From the NCBI RefSeq assembly GCF_000829235.1, contig NZ_AP012549.1, forward strand, positions 2,520,001 to 2,552,000: a stretch of 32,000 nucleotides of DNA, in the 5' to 3' direction. Numbering within the stretch: the stretch's first letter is position 1; every line of letters begins with the position of its first letter. Shown here piece by piece: positions 1 through 9,729 of this stretch. This DNA comes from a cyanobacterium endosymbiont of Epithemia turgida isolate EtSB Lake Yunoko (lineage in GTDB: Bacteria; Cyanobacteriota; Cyanobacteriia; Cyanobacteriales; Microcystaceae). Position numbers and translations under genes: made by a program. The notes below the pieces were generated by a model. It was not told the DNA's origin and did not search any database. It saw only the letters and a program-made list of their open reading frames with translations.

Positions 1-202
1 TTTGATTGACTAGGGTTCCTGACCAGGAAAGGGTACGTGTTGGAATAGTCGGACTCATACACAGTCCAATCTTTTTCCCACGACAAATAGTCCAGGTCAA
101 ACCGATAATAACCTCTTGAATGAGTGTAGTGTCGGTACCATAATCTAGGAGTAAATCGTAAATTGCTTGAGGATTGATCATTTCAAAATGAGTAGGGGGC
201 AT
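1..202 (-). CDS. partial CDS (first 67 codons, runs off the left edge); DUF4213/DUF364-like protein
   Basis: Absent from the ORF track because it has no stop in the window. My reverse-complement translation from ATG 202..200 is stop-free to position 1: MPPTHFEMINPQAIYDLLLDYGTDTTLIQEVIIGLTWTICRGKKIGLCMSPTIPTRTLSWSGTLVNQ. The GLTWT...G.GL.MSP pattern resembles DUF4213 N-termini (from memory). Alternative start ATG 181..179. Divergent from pdhB. Confidence 0.5.
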   Translation of the reverse strand, partial: MPPTHFEMINPQAIYDLLLDYGTDTTLIQEVIIGLTWTICRGKKIGLCMSPTIPTRTLSWSGTLVNQ

Positions 203-306
203 TTACAGAATAATCTAAAAAATACTTCATGGTTACGATGCCTCTCAAAAAAATTAAAATGTGAAGTTTCAATGATAGGATGACAAGTGCGCTAGCTGGT
301 GAATGT

Positions 307-1290
307 ATGGCAGAAACTTTATTATTTAATGCACTCCGTCAAGCTATTGATGAAGAAATGGCATATGACAAAACGGTCTTTGTTTTAGGAGAAGATGTAG
401 GCCACTATGGCGGTTCCTACAAGGTAACAAAAGATCTCTACAAAAAGTATGGAGATCTAAGAGTTCTCGATACTCCAATCGCTGAAAATAGCTTTACAGG
501 AATGGCTGTTGGTGCTGCTATGACAGGGTTACGTCCCATTATCGAAGGGATGAACATGGGTTTTTTACTCCTAGCTTTTAATCAAATTTCTAACAATGCA
601 GGGATGTTGCGATATACCTCTGGAGGAAACTTTAAAATTCCAATGGTCATTCGTGGTCCAGGGGGCGTAGGACGGCAGTTAGGAGCTGAACACTCTCAAC
701 GCCTTGAAGCCTATTTTCATGCAGTTCCTGGGCTTAAAATTGTTGCTTGTTCTACGCCTTATAATGCCAAGGGACTTCTTAAAGCAGCCATCCGAGATGA
801 CAATCCTGTTCTGTTTTTTGAACACGTTCTTCTCTATAATCTCAAAGAAAAACTTCCCGATACAGAATATACGGTGCCCTTGGATAAGGCTGAAATCGTC
901 CGATCTGGGAAAGATGTCACTATATTAACTTACTCTAGAATGCGTCATCATTGTCTTCAAGCGTTGAAAAAATTAGAACCAGAAGGGTATGACCCCGAAA
1001 TTATTGACTTGATTTCCCTCAAACCCTTTGACTTAGAAACCATTGGGAATTCTATTAGTAAAACTCATCGGGTGATTATTGTGGAAGAATGCATGAAAAC
1101 AGGAGGAATTGCCGCTGAATTAATTGCTCTAATTAATGAGAATTTTTTTGACGAATTGGATGCCCCTGTCATTCGCTTATCATCCCAAGATATCCCTACC
1201 CCCTACAACGGCAAGCTAGAAAATCTAACTATTGTTCAACCTCATAAAATTGTTGAAGCAGTGCAGAAAATAATTGCATTGCAAATTTAA
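307..1290 (+). CDS. pdhB: pyruvate dehydrogenase E1 component beta subunit
   Basis: The 336-aa ORF spans 280..1290. The likely true start is ATG 307 ([21 protein letters not shown]...), the usual N-terminus for this family. It has the transketolase-like pyrimidine-binding region [23 protein letters not shown] and a C-terminal transketolase domain. Confidence 0.93.
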   Translation: MAETLLFNALRQAIDEEMAYDKTVFVLGEDVGHYGGSYKVTKDLYKKYGDLRVLDTPIAENSFTGMAVGAAMTGLRPIIEGMNMGFLLLAFNQISNNAGMLRYTSGGNFKIPMVIRGPGGVGRQLGAEHSQRLEAYFHAVPGLKIVACSTPYNAKGLLKAAIRDDNPVLFFEHVLLYNLKEKLPDTEYTVPLDKAEIVRSGKDVTILTYSRMRHHCLQALKKLEPEGYDPEIIDLISLKPFDLETIGNSISKTHRVIIVEECMKTGGIAAELIALINENFFDELDAPVIRLSSQDIPTPYNGKLENLTIVQPHKIVEAVQKIIALQI

Positions 1291-1295
1291 ATGTA

Positions 1296-1340
1296 AGGGA
1301 AAGACTGGGGGTCATCTTTTGTGGTCTGTCTCTCTTCCCT
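1296..1340 (+). promoter_or_regulatory. imperfect stem-loop in the 70-nt pdhB-secD spacer (possible terminator or attenuator)
   Basis: agggaaagac (1296-1305) can pair with gtct...ttccct (1328-1340) with a 3-nt bulge. There is no clear U-tract. An AAGGA Shine-Dalgarno-like motif for secD follows at about 1350. Confidence 0.25.
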
Positions 1341-1360
1341 AACTTCATAAAGGAATCATC

Positions 1361-2773
1361 ATGCAACAACAGCGTTTAGTCCTTGGTTTGATCACCGTCC
1401 TAGCTATTGGAGCAATCGCCATTTTAGTAGCTATTCCCCTACAATTAGGGTTGGACCTTAAAGGAGGGGCGCAGTTAACCATTCAAGTTAAACCCACCGA
1501 CAAGATTCAAAATATCAGTCCAGAAGACTTGGAAGCACAGAAAGTTGTATTAGGGAATAGAGTTAATGCTTTGGGGGTAGCTGAACCCATTGTGCAAACC
1601 TTGGGACAAGATAAAATTGTTATCCAGTTACCAGGGGTTACTGATTCTCAACAGGCAGAGCGAGTGTTAGGAGGAACCGCTCAATTGGAGTTTAAAGAAC
1701 AAAAACAGGGAACTGAAGGTAAGTTTCAAGCAGAATTTACAATTAAACGACAATTAGAAGTAGAATTAGCAGTTCTAAGACGGGATGACACATTAGATGA
1801 AAATACCGAACGTGTTGTGGAACTGACTCAATCTATTAAACAATCGAACCTTGCCATCTTAGATTTGTTTAAATCGGTCGGTTTAACCGGAAAAAATCTT
1901 AACAATGCTCGTCCTAGTCCCACCCAAGCAGGAACTAGTTGGGAGGTAGCTATCGAATTTGATAATGACGGGGGCAAAAAATTCGCCGAACTTACGAAAA
2001 CTCTGGCGGGAACCGGTCGTAGTATTGGAATTTTTCTAGACGATACCTTGATTAGTGCACCAATTGTAGGTGTGGAATTTGCTAACACTGGGATTACGGG
2101 AGGTAGTGCTGTCATTACAGGGAATTTTACTATTGATGGTGCCAATGACCTCGCCGTTCAAATTCGCGGAGGATCTTTGCCATTTCCGGTAGAAGTAGTA
2201 GAAAACCGTACTGTCGGGGCAACTTTAGGGAAAGAAAGCATCCGTAGCAGTATTTATGCTGGGGTGGCTGGGTTGATTCTTGTATCAATCTTCATGGCGG
2301 TTTATTATCGTCTTCCTGGAATGATTGCTAATTTAGCCTTGGGGGTTTACACCTTATACACCTTGGCTTCTTACGCTTTGATTGGCGTTACCTTAACGCT
2401 ACCTGGAATTGCCGGATTTATTTTAAGTATTGGCATGGCTGTAGATGCAAATGTATTAATTTTTGAGCGAACTCGTGAAGAATTGCGATCTGGAAATAGT
2501 TTGTATCGTTCCGTAGAATCTGGATTTAATCGCGCATTTTCAAGTATTTTAGATAGTAATGTCACTACTTTGATTGCTTGCAGTGCCTTGTTTGGATTAG
2601 GGTCAGGATTGGTTAAGGGATTTGCTCTCACACTTGCTATCGGCGTATTGGTAAGTATGTTTACGGCAGTTACTTGTAGCCGAACTCTTTTACTATTAAT
2701 GGTATTAGGATTGCCCTCAGTCCGTAAAAAACCCGAACTATTTTGTCCTAATCTACCCAAAACTGTTAATTAG
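1361..2773 (+). CDS. secD: protein translocase subunit SecD
   Basis: 470-aa ORF with an N-terminal TM helix, a periplasmic domain and the C-terminal SecD/F membrane core (GIAGFILSIGMAVDANVLIFERTREE). secF follows directly. Confidence 0.93.
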   Translation: MQQQRLVLGLITVLAIGAIAILVAIPLQLGLDLKGGAQLTIQVKPTDKIQNISPEDLEAQKVVLGNRVNALGVAEPIVQTLGQDKIVIQLPGVTDSQQAERVLGGTAQLEFKEQKQGTEGKFQAEFTIKRQLEVELAVLRRDDTLDENTERVVELTQSIKQSNLAILDLFKSVGLTGKNLNNARPSPTQAGTSWEVAIEFDNDGGKKFAELTKTLAGTGRSIGIFLDDTLISAPIVGVEFANTGITGGSAVITGNFTIDGANDLAVQIRGGSLPFPVEVVENRTVGATLGKESIRSSIYAGVAGLILVSIFMAVYYRLPGMIANLALGVYTLYTLASYALIGVTLTLPGIAGFILSIGMAVDANVLIFERTREELRSGNSLYRSVESGFNRAFSSILDSNVTTLIACSALFGLGSGLVKGFALTLAIGVLVSMFTAVTCSRTLLLLMVLGLPSVRKKPELFCPNLPKTVN

Positions 2774-2884
2774 TTTTTTCCTTAAATTAAATTTACTAGT
2801 GAAACCCTCAAAGGAAAAGAGGAAAAAATTTTATTGATGAATTTCCTAACTGTTACATTCTACTAATTTATTAATGACCAAACA

Positions 2885-3814
2885 ATGAAATTACATATTC
2901 TTAAATGGGAACGCTTATGGTGGTCGATTTCAGCACTTCTTATTTTTGCTGGAATCATTGCGATGGTGATTTCCTATTCTACCTTCAACTCGCCTGTACG
3001 TCCAGGGATAGACTTTATTGGGGGAACTCGACTACAGTTACAATTAGTCTGTGCAGCAGAAGAAACCTGTTATAAATCCATCGATACAGGGAAAGTCCGA
3101 GAAATTCTTGTTCAACAAGGGCTGAATGGTAGTATTCAGGTATTAGAAAACAATATTCTATCAATTAGGAGTAAAAATCTTGATGTTGACCAACGCACTC
3201 ACTTACAACAAGTTTTAAACAAGAAGATTGGACAATTTAACCCGGAAACTATTCAAATTGATACAGTAGGTCCGACAGTAGGACAAGAGTTATTTAAGTC
3301 AGGAATTCTAGCCTTGTTAGTGGCTTTCTTCGGAATCATTATCTATCTTACTGTTCGCTTTCAATTCGACTATGCCTTCTTTGCAATTATTGCTCTCTTT
3401 CATGATGTTTTCATTACGGTGGGAGTTTTTGCTGTGTTAGGGTTAATAACAGAAATTGAAGTTGATAGTCTATCTTTGGTCGCTTTATTAACAATTATTG
3501 GGTTTTCAGTTAATGATACCGTAGTTATTTATGACCGCATTCGAGACAATATAGACAAAAAGCCTGGCATCTCCATCAACGAGATAGTAGAAACTTCCGT
3601 TAAACAAAGTCTTGCCCGTTCCATTAATACTAGTGTTACTACCATATTACCGTTATTGACTATTTTCCTGTTTGGGGGAGAAACCCTAAAATATTTTTCC
3701 CTCGCCCTAATCATTGGCTTTCTTGCTGGGGCTTATTCGAGTATTTTTATTGCTAGTACCCTATTAGCTTGGTGGCGTAACCGTACATTTTCTTCTTCTT
3801 CGGTAGAATCTTAA
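2885..3814 (+). CDS. secF: protein translocase subunit SecF
   Basis: 309-aa ORF with the SecF core motif (IGFSVNDTVVIYDRIRDN) and six predicted TM segments. It is adjacent to secD. Confidence 0.93.
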   Translation: MKLHILKWERLWWSISALLIFAGIIAMVISYSTFNSPVRPGIDFIGGTRLQLQLVCAAEETCYKSIDTGKVREILVQQGLNGSIQVLENNILSIRSKNLDVDQRTHLQQVLNKKIGQFNPETIQIDTVGPTVGQELFKSGILALLVAFFGIIIYLTVRFQFDYAFFAIIALFHDVFITVGVFAVLGLITEIEVDSLSLVALLTIIGFSVNDTVVIYDRIRDNIDKKPGISINEIVETSVKQSLARSINTSVTTILPLLTIFLFGGETLKYFSLALIIGFLAGAYSSIFIASTLLAWWRNRTFSSSSVES

Positions 3815-3823
3815 AACAAATCA

Positions 3824-5176
3824 CTAACTCAATTCTTGACAGAGTTGTCGAAAATGATCACCACGATGTTCAAAACTCTGGTACTGATCAAAACTAGCGC
3901 AAGCGGGAGAAAATAATACCACTTTTACCTTCTGTTTTTGCCCTAATTCTAATCCTAGTTTAACAGCATTTTCTAGAGTTTCTACTATTTCATAGGTTTC
4001 ATATCCCGATTTTTTTAACTCTTGAGAAAATATTTCAGCCGCTTCTCCAATTAACAAAACTGTAGAAACTCTTTTTTTAATTTGTTTAATCCAACGGTCA
4101 TTGTCCCCTTCTTTTACTTTCCCCCCCGCGATTAAAATTACTGGAGATTTAACAGAAACTAAACCAACTTCTGCTGCATCATAATTAGTTGCCTTACTAT
4201 CATTAATAAAGTCAATTCCCCGCACATTACAAATTAGTTCTAGCCGGTGAGGAACTCCTTTGAATTCAGAAATTGACTGAGCTATCACATCTTTTTTGAT
4301 TCCTGCTAATCGTGCTGCTCCCACTGCCATTAATAAGTTTTGTTGATTGTGAAAACCCACCATTTTAAAAAGATTCAAAGGCGCGATTAATTCCCCAAAA
4401 GCAACTATCCAATTATCTTGAATATAGATTCCTTTAGAAGGATTGCAGAGTAAATGATCTTTTCCTTTAGTAGTTGTCCAATAAGCATCAGCCCACTGAT
4501 GTAATCCCACTTGATGTAAATAAGGATCATCTCCATTAAGGATTTGATATTCACACCGATGCAGGATAGATGCCTTGATAGCATAATAATTATCTAAAGT
4601 TTTGTGACGGTCAAGATGATCAGCTGTAAAAGTTGTCCAAATACCAATTTGGGGGGCTAATTTTTTTAAAGACTCTCCTTGATAACTACTAACTTCAGCT
4701 ATAATCCAATCAAACTTCTCTGAAGATCGAACAAGTTCACAAGCAGCATGTCCAATGTTGCCGCAAGAGGGGGCATTGAGTCCTGATGTTTGAAAAATTG
4801 ATGCTGTTAGGGCAGTGGTGGTAGTTTTTCCGTTAGTACCCGTAATTCCTACCCAAGGAAACCTATATAAATATCGCCAAGCTAATTCCAATTCTCCGAT
4901 AACATCAATACCGTGAGCGCGCGCTTCTATCAAAAAAGGAATATCTAAAGAAATTCCTGGACTAACTACAATTAAGTCAGGTGGGTTTGCCACCATCAAA
5001 GTTAGTTCATGTCCTAATTTAACCGTGATCCCTTCTTGTTCTAATATTTGTCGAGTTTGTTGTAGAGGTAAGGAGTCAGCGCGATCACTCAAAACTACTT
5101 CCCATCCGTCTGTTTTCAGTACTCTGGCTGCGGCAATTCCTGATCTTCCCAGTCCAATAATATAAGCAATGGACAT
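3824..5176 (-). CDS. murD: UDP-N-acetylmuramoylalanine--D-glutamate ligase
   Basis: The ORF spans 3824..5248. It has the Rossmann N-terminus IIGLGRSGIAAARVL and the Mur ligase P-loop GITGTNGKTTT. The likely start is ATG 5176 (MSIAYIIGLGRSG); the 24 upstream codons look like non-coding extension. Its stop lies only 9 bp from the secF stop (convergent genes). Confidence 0.9.
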   Translation of the reverse strand: MSIAYIIGLGRSGIAAARVLKTDGWEVVLSDRADSLPLQQTRQILEQEGITVKLGHELTLMVANPPDLIVVSPGISLDIPFLIEARAHGIDVIGELELAWRYLYRFPWVGITGTNGKTTTTALTASIFQTSGLNAPSCGNIGHAACELVRSSEKFDWIIAEVSSYQGESLKKLAPQIGIWTTFTADHLDRHKTLDNYYAIKASILHRCEYQILNGDDPYLHQVGLHQWADAYWTTTKGKDHLLCNPSKGIYIQDNWIVAFGELIAPLNLFKMVGFHNQQNLLMAVGAARLAGIKKDVIAQSISEFKGVPHRLELICNVRGIDFINDSKATNYDAAEVGLVSVKSPVILIAGGKVKEGDNDRWIKQIKKRVSTVLLIGEAAEIFSQELKKSGYETYEIVETLENAVKLGLELGQKQKVKVVLFSPACASFDQYQSFEHRGDHFRQLCQELS

Positions 5177-5429
5177 AAGTCTAATGTTGCACCTATCCCT
5201 GATTAAAGTAGTCTTAATCTTATCAAAATAACTATCATTTTTCAGCAATACTATTCAATGGTTTTTTCTGATTAACTGATTAATGACCAATATATTACCA
5301 ATAATTAGTAAGTAAAATAATAAAAAATAATTTAAAAATATTATAATTTTAAAATTTAGTACTTTAATATAAACTTACCGAATAATCTATTATCTATAAA
5401 AAATATAGGGAAATTTATTGACTTTATCT

Positions 5430-5459
5430 TTTAATTAGATATTTAAATATCTAATTAAA
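5430..5459. repeat. 30-bp perfect palindrome (15-bp arms, no loop)
   Basis: t-ttaattagatattt | aaatatctaattaa-a, read directly from the sequence. Confidence 0.85.
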
Positions 5460-5829
5460 CTAATTTTTTGTTTTAAACAAAAAACATAAACTGTATTCTT
5501 AAATTTTTTAATAAAATATAAATTTTAGTAAAAATTAACAGTTACTAAAAAATAATATTTTTACAAAAAAATAAATAATTCAATAAAAATCGTAGTTTTT
5601 CATGAATTTAGAAAGGTTTACATAATTAGTAAACTGTCGCTTTTTTAAACCCAAATAAGTAAAAAACAGTGTAAAAAAAATTTTTTCTCCAGTAAATTAT
5701 ATGCGATTATAGATTATTTTAAATAATATAGTTATTCTTATTATCATCAACAAAGAGATTATTATTTGTAAGTTATTTACAAAACTATTAGTGCAGTCGT
5801 TTATTGTCCAGCAGACTTAGTAACCTGTT

Positions 5830-6180
5830 AGAAAAGAAAAATTGCTATTTTTTTACCATAAACTCCTAATAATAGGGAAAATATCTGGCAGAAATCAATA
5901 CAACAACAGGTAAACCCGGCAACAATTCCCCATAATTCTTTATCTGTACAATAATCGTGTTATCCTAAGTCTAGGAGTAGCTGCTAGGATTTTGAGCCAG
6001 GGCAACATCAGTAAAAAGGTTAATAACTAAGACGGATAAAGCTTTTTTATCAACCTAAGGAAGGTAGACGTAATCACATTGTCTATGCTTTATATAAAGT
6101 TGAGTAGACTGCCCTTAAATTTTCTAGTTAACTTTGGCACCATAAACAACATTAGTGACATCTTAAAAACAAAAGTTTTT
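5830..6180 (-). pseudogene. possible relic of the C-terminal part of a P-type (E1-E2) cation ATPase
   Basis: One minus-strand frame, riddled with stops, gives KNFCF*DVTNVVYGAKVN ... LYIKH ... KKALSVLVINLFTDVALAQNPSS ... GELLPGLPVVVLISA. This is collinear with the remembered P-type ATPase pattern DDNFATIV..EGRVVYSNIR.FIKY ... [26 protein letters not shown] followed by a TM helix. No upstream two-thirds of the gene is present; the mutS2 start lies at 6208. Confidence 0.33.
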
Positions 6181-6207
6181 TTATTTACTATTCTATTAAG
6201 TTAAGTT

Positions 6208-8610
6208 TTGATTCAACAAGAAACCTTAAAACTTCTCGAATGGCCTCGACTCTGTCAACACTTGTCTACCTTTGCTGCGACAAAACTGGGAGTGTCAGCG
6301 GCTATCAAATTGTCAATTCCTGACACTATTGAAGAAAGTGAGCAACTATTAGCTCAAACCATAGAAATTTATTGTTTAAAACAGAATTTAGAAGTTCAAT
6401 GGTCTTTTAATGGGATCACTGATATTGGAGACTCTCTAGAACGAGCTAAATTAGGAGGAATACTTTCTGGACAGGAATTGCTTAATATTGCTACCACTCT
6501 AGCTGGGGTGAGGCGACTGCGACGAATAATCAATGATCAAGAAAATTGTCCTATTTTAAAGAAATTAGTAGCAGATATTCGTACTTATCCCGAATTAGAA
6601 CAGAAAATTAATCATTGTATTGACGAAGCAGGAAAAGTCGCTGATCGCGCTAGTGTCAAATTAGGAGAGATTCGTCGAAACCTTAAAGATATCCGCGCTC
6701 ATATTTATCAGAAACTCCAAAATATTATCCACCAGCAAGGAGGAGCAGTCCAAGAAGCTGTTATTACCCAACGGGATGACCGCTTTGTAATTCCTGTAAA
6801 AGCTCCCCAAAAAGACCAAATTAAAGGTATTGTTCATGATATATCTAGTACAGGAGCAACTATTTATGTTGAACCGAATGCCACCATACAATGGGGTAAC
6901 CAACGCCGTCAATATTTACGTCGAGAACAGGTAGAAATAGAAGCTATTTTACGTGCTTTAACAGAAAAAATTGCCTTTATTTACGATGAAATAGACTATT
7001 TACTTGGAATAGCCACCATTCTTGATTTAACAACGGCTAAAGCCCTTTATAGCTTATGGTTAGAAGGAAATGCTCCCGAATTTGTTGATCCAACTCAAGG
7101 AGAACTGATCACTCTGCGAGAACTACGTCATCCCTTGCTTGTTTGGCAACAACAACACGGACAAGATTTTTTTGTTATTCCTATAAATGTTCAGGTTGAT
7201 CCAAAAATTCGAGTTGTAGCAATCACCGGTCCTAACACAGGAGGCAAAACTGTTACCCTAAAAACTATCGGTTTAGCTGCTTTAATGGCTAAAGTAGGTT
7301 TATTTATTCCTGCTAAAGAACCGGTAAAAATCCCTTGGTTTGGACATATTCTAGCAGACATTGGGGATGAACAGTCAATTGAACAAAGTTTATCCACCTT
7401 TTCAGGTCATATACGCCGCATCGTTCGTATTCTCGAATCTCTAACAACTACTATTTCCCCCACCCCCTCTCTTTCCCTTGTCCTTCTTGATGAAATAGGT
7501 GCAGGAACTGATCCCGCAGAAGGAAGCGCATTAGCGGTCGCTCTCCTTCATTATTTGGCTGATAATGCTTTACTTACCATTGCCAGCACTCATTATGGAG
7601 AATTGAAAGCGCTAAAATACCAAGATGACCGTTTTGAGAATGCGTCAGTAGAATTTGATGATCGAACCCTTTCTCCCACTTATCGTCTCTTGTGGGGAAT
7701 TCCAGGGCGTTCTAATGCCCTAACTATCGCTGGTCGATTAGGGTTAAAGATGGAAATTATTGAAGAGGCTAAAAATCGCCTTGGAGAGTTTTCTGAAGAA
7801 ATCAATGAAGTTATTGCTGGGTTAGAAAAACAACGAAAAGAACAGGAACAAAAAGCACAAGAAGCTAGTAACTTGTTACAACAAACTAAGGAGTTTTATG
7901 CAAAAATTTCAGAAAAAGCTTCCTCCTTGCAACAACGAGAACAGTCGTTAAAACAATATCAAGAACAAGAAGTTCAAAAAGCAATTGCCCAGGCAAAAGA
8001 AGAAATTGCTCAAGTTATTCGTAAACTGCAAAAGGGAAAACAAACAGGACAACAAGCACAAAAAGCTACGGCAACTTTACAAGAAATTAGTGAACATCAA
8101 TTATCTAAACTGGAACAATGTAAACCGGCTTATAAGCCCCAAGTTGGGGAAAAAATTAAATTACTAAAATTTGGACAGACAGCAAATGTATTAGCAATAG
8201 ATGAAGAACAAAAAGAAGTTACTGTTCGTTTTGGATTAATGAAAATGACTGTTTCTTTTACTAAGATTGAATCTTTAGATGGAAAAAAAGTTGAAGTTAC
8301 TGCGAGAAAAAAAATCCCTATTACTACTTCATTAACAACCGAAACCCCTCAATCTATTCCGATGATTAGAACATCTAAAAATACCTTAGATATTCGAGGA
8401 AGTAGAGTAACTGAAGCAGAATCAAATTTAGAAAATGCAATTTCTAAAGCAACTAAATCAGGAATTTTATGGGTTATTCATGGTAAAGGAACTGGAAAAC
8501 TACGTCAAGGAGTTCATGAATTTTTAAAGCTACATCCTCAAATAGAAAAGTTTGAATTGGCACCTCAAAATGAAGGAGGCTCAGGAGTAACTATTGCTTA
8601 TTTAAAATAG
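6208..8610 (+). CDS. mutS2: endonuclease MutS2 (MutS-family ATPase with C-terminal Smr domain)
   Basis: 800-aa ORF with a TTG start (MIQQETLKLLEWPRLCQHL is a typical MutS2 N-terminus). It has Walker A GPNTGGKT, Walker B LLDEIGAGTDP, a central Q/E/K-rich coiled coil and the Smr domain LDIRGSRV...VIHGKGTGKLR. Confidence 0.92.
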   Translation: MIQQETLKLLEWPRLCQHLSTFAATKLGVSAAIKLSIPDTIEESEQLLAQTIEIYCLKQNLEVQWSFNGITDIGDSLERAKLGGILSGQELLNIATTLAGVRRLRRIINDQENCPILKKLVADIRTYPELEQKINHCIDEAGKVADRASVKLGEIRRNLKDIRAHIYQKLQNIIHQQGGAVQEAVITQRDDRFVIPVKAPQKDQIKGIVHDISSTGATIYVEPNATIQWGNQRRQYLRREQVEIEAILRALTEKIAFIYDEIDYLLGIATILDLTTAKALYSLWLEGNAPEFVDPTQGELITLRELRHPLLVWQQQHGQDFFVIPINVQVDPKIRVVAITGPNTGGKTVTLKTIGLAALMAKVGLFIPAKEPVKIPWFGHILADIGDEQSIEQSLSTFSGHIRRIVRILESLTTTISPTPSLSLVLLDEIGAGTDPAEGSALAVALLHYLADNALLTIASTHYGELKALKYQDDRFENASVEFDDRTLSPTYRLLWGIPGRSNALTIAGRLGLKMEIIEEAKNRLGEFSEEINEVIAGLEKQRKEQEQKAQEASNLLQQTKEFYAKISEKASSLQQREQSLKQYQEQEVQKAIAQAKEEIAQVIRKLQKGKQTGQQAQKATATLQEISEHQLSKLEQCKPAYKPQVGEKIKLLKFGQTANVLAIDEEQKEVTVRFGLMKMTVSFTKIESLDGKKVEVTARKKIPITTSLTTETPQSIPMIRTSKNTLDIRGSRVTEAESNLENAISKATKSGILWVIHGKGTGKLRQGVHEFLKLHPQIEKFELAPQNEGGSGVTIAYLK

Positions 8611-8718
8611 TTGATTATCAATAGTTAAGTTTAGTTTATTATTTTATCTTAGTAGAGAATAGTGAATTCTCTAAAATTAATTTATTATTTTGTTTATCTG
8701 TTTATATTCGTGTAGTAA

Positions 8719-8754
8719 TTTCAGCAATATAAAATTCACTTTATATTGCTGAAA
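8719..8754. repeat. perfect hairpin inverted repeat (15-bp stem, 6-nt loop)
   Basis: tttcagcaatataaa / attcac / tttatattgctgaaa, read directly. Confidence 0.85.
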
Positions 8755-8818
8755 CCTCTCATTTTACCAATAAAAATAAAGCTAATTAAAATAACTAAAA
8801 ATATTAAAATTATATCTA

Positions 8819-8863
8819 TAAATACGCGATTGAAATAACATAATTATTTCAATCGTGTATTTA
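8819..8863. repeat. hairpin inverted repeat (20-bp stem with one G.T mismatch, 5-nt loop)
   Basis: taaatacgcgattgaaataa / cataa / ttatttcaatcgtgtattta. The single mismatch is g8826 against t8856. Confidence 0.8.
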
Positions 8864-8892
8864 AAAGGAATTTATTTTGATAAATATATCAT

Positions 8893-8946
8893 ACTAGATT
8901 ATAATTGCTGATTTATTGCCTAATAAATCAGCAATTATAATCTAGT
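8893..8946. repeat. perfect hairpin inverted repeat (25-bp stem, 4-nt loop)
   Basis: actagattataattgctgatttatt / gcct / aataaatcagcaattataatctagt. I verified the arms by reverse complement. Confidence 0.9.
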
Positions 8947-9686
8947 CAAAATTTTAAAATTATAAGTTTTGTTTAGAGGTTAATAGATAAGAACTAAAAC
9001 AGATTTACTTGGCGTTAAATGAGCTTAATTTTTAGCAAACTCTACTTGTTTTATTTATTCAGTCATGATTGATTCTGTACTATAGAAGTTTTTAATCATA
9101 ATTTTGTTAACATTTATTATTTCTAAATTTTGTGATTAAGTATATAATCTTTAAACCTATGTTTATGGATTAATAAAATTTTTACAGTACTTAAAATAAA
9201 TATATTTAAGTTTTAATGAACTAAAAATAGTTAATTTATAGCTGTAAATAAAGAATGAACAATATTTTAAAAAAAAATTAAACCAATTTTATATATTAAT
9301 CTTTTTCAAGACTTTAAAAATCTAATAAAAGGGATAAATATATATTTTTCTGCTTTAATACGCGTAAAATTTTTACTATATAATGAACCATACAGTTTGG
9401 TATAATTTAATTTTAAAATTACTATTTTTATTAAAGCTAAGATAGCAGAAAGATAGAGAAAACATATATTGAAGAGAATGTACCAGACTTTGAGTTATAG
9501 AACAAAAAAGTTAGGTAAATACAGAACAAAACCTATCTAACTTTTCGTTAGACTAACCTGATAATACAAAATCAACTAGTAACATGCTAAGTCAAGAAAC
9601 TTTTGGATTGAATATTGAACACGTTTTCCGACCTATAAGATCTCTTTTCAATCAGCTTCAATTTTTTATTAATATTTTTTACTATT

Positions 9687-9729
9687 TTTAAATTCAATTT
9701 AAGTAATAATTCCTTGAATTGAATTTAAA
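9687..9729. repeat. inverted repeat (13-bp arms, 17-nt loop)
   Basis: tttaaattcaatt ... aattgaatttaaa. Confidence 0.75.

Noticed and set aside
280-306. The longer N-terminal extensions suggested by the ORF track for pdhB (start 280) and for murD (start 5248).
   Set aside because: The family-typical N-termini begin at the internal ATGs ([10 protein letters not shown] at 307; MSIAYIIGLGRSG at 5176). The extensions have no homology-like pattern. Neither start is experimentally resolved.
9398-9406. Extended -10-like TGGTATAAT, plus other TATAAT or TTGACA hexamers in the spacers.
   Set aside because: Such hexamers are expected at high frequency in DNA that is 80-95% AT, and no gene lies downstream. 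They are not reported as promoters.
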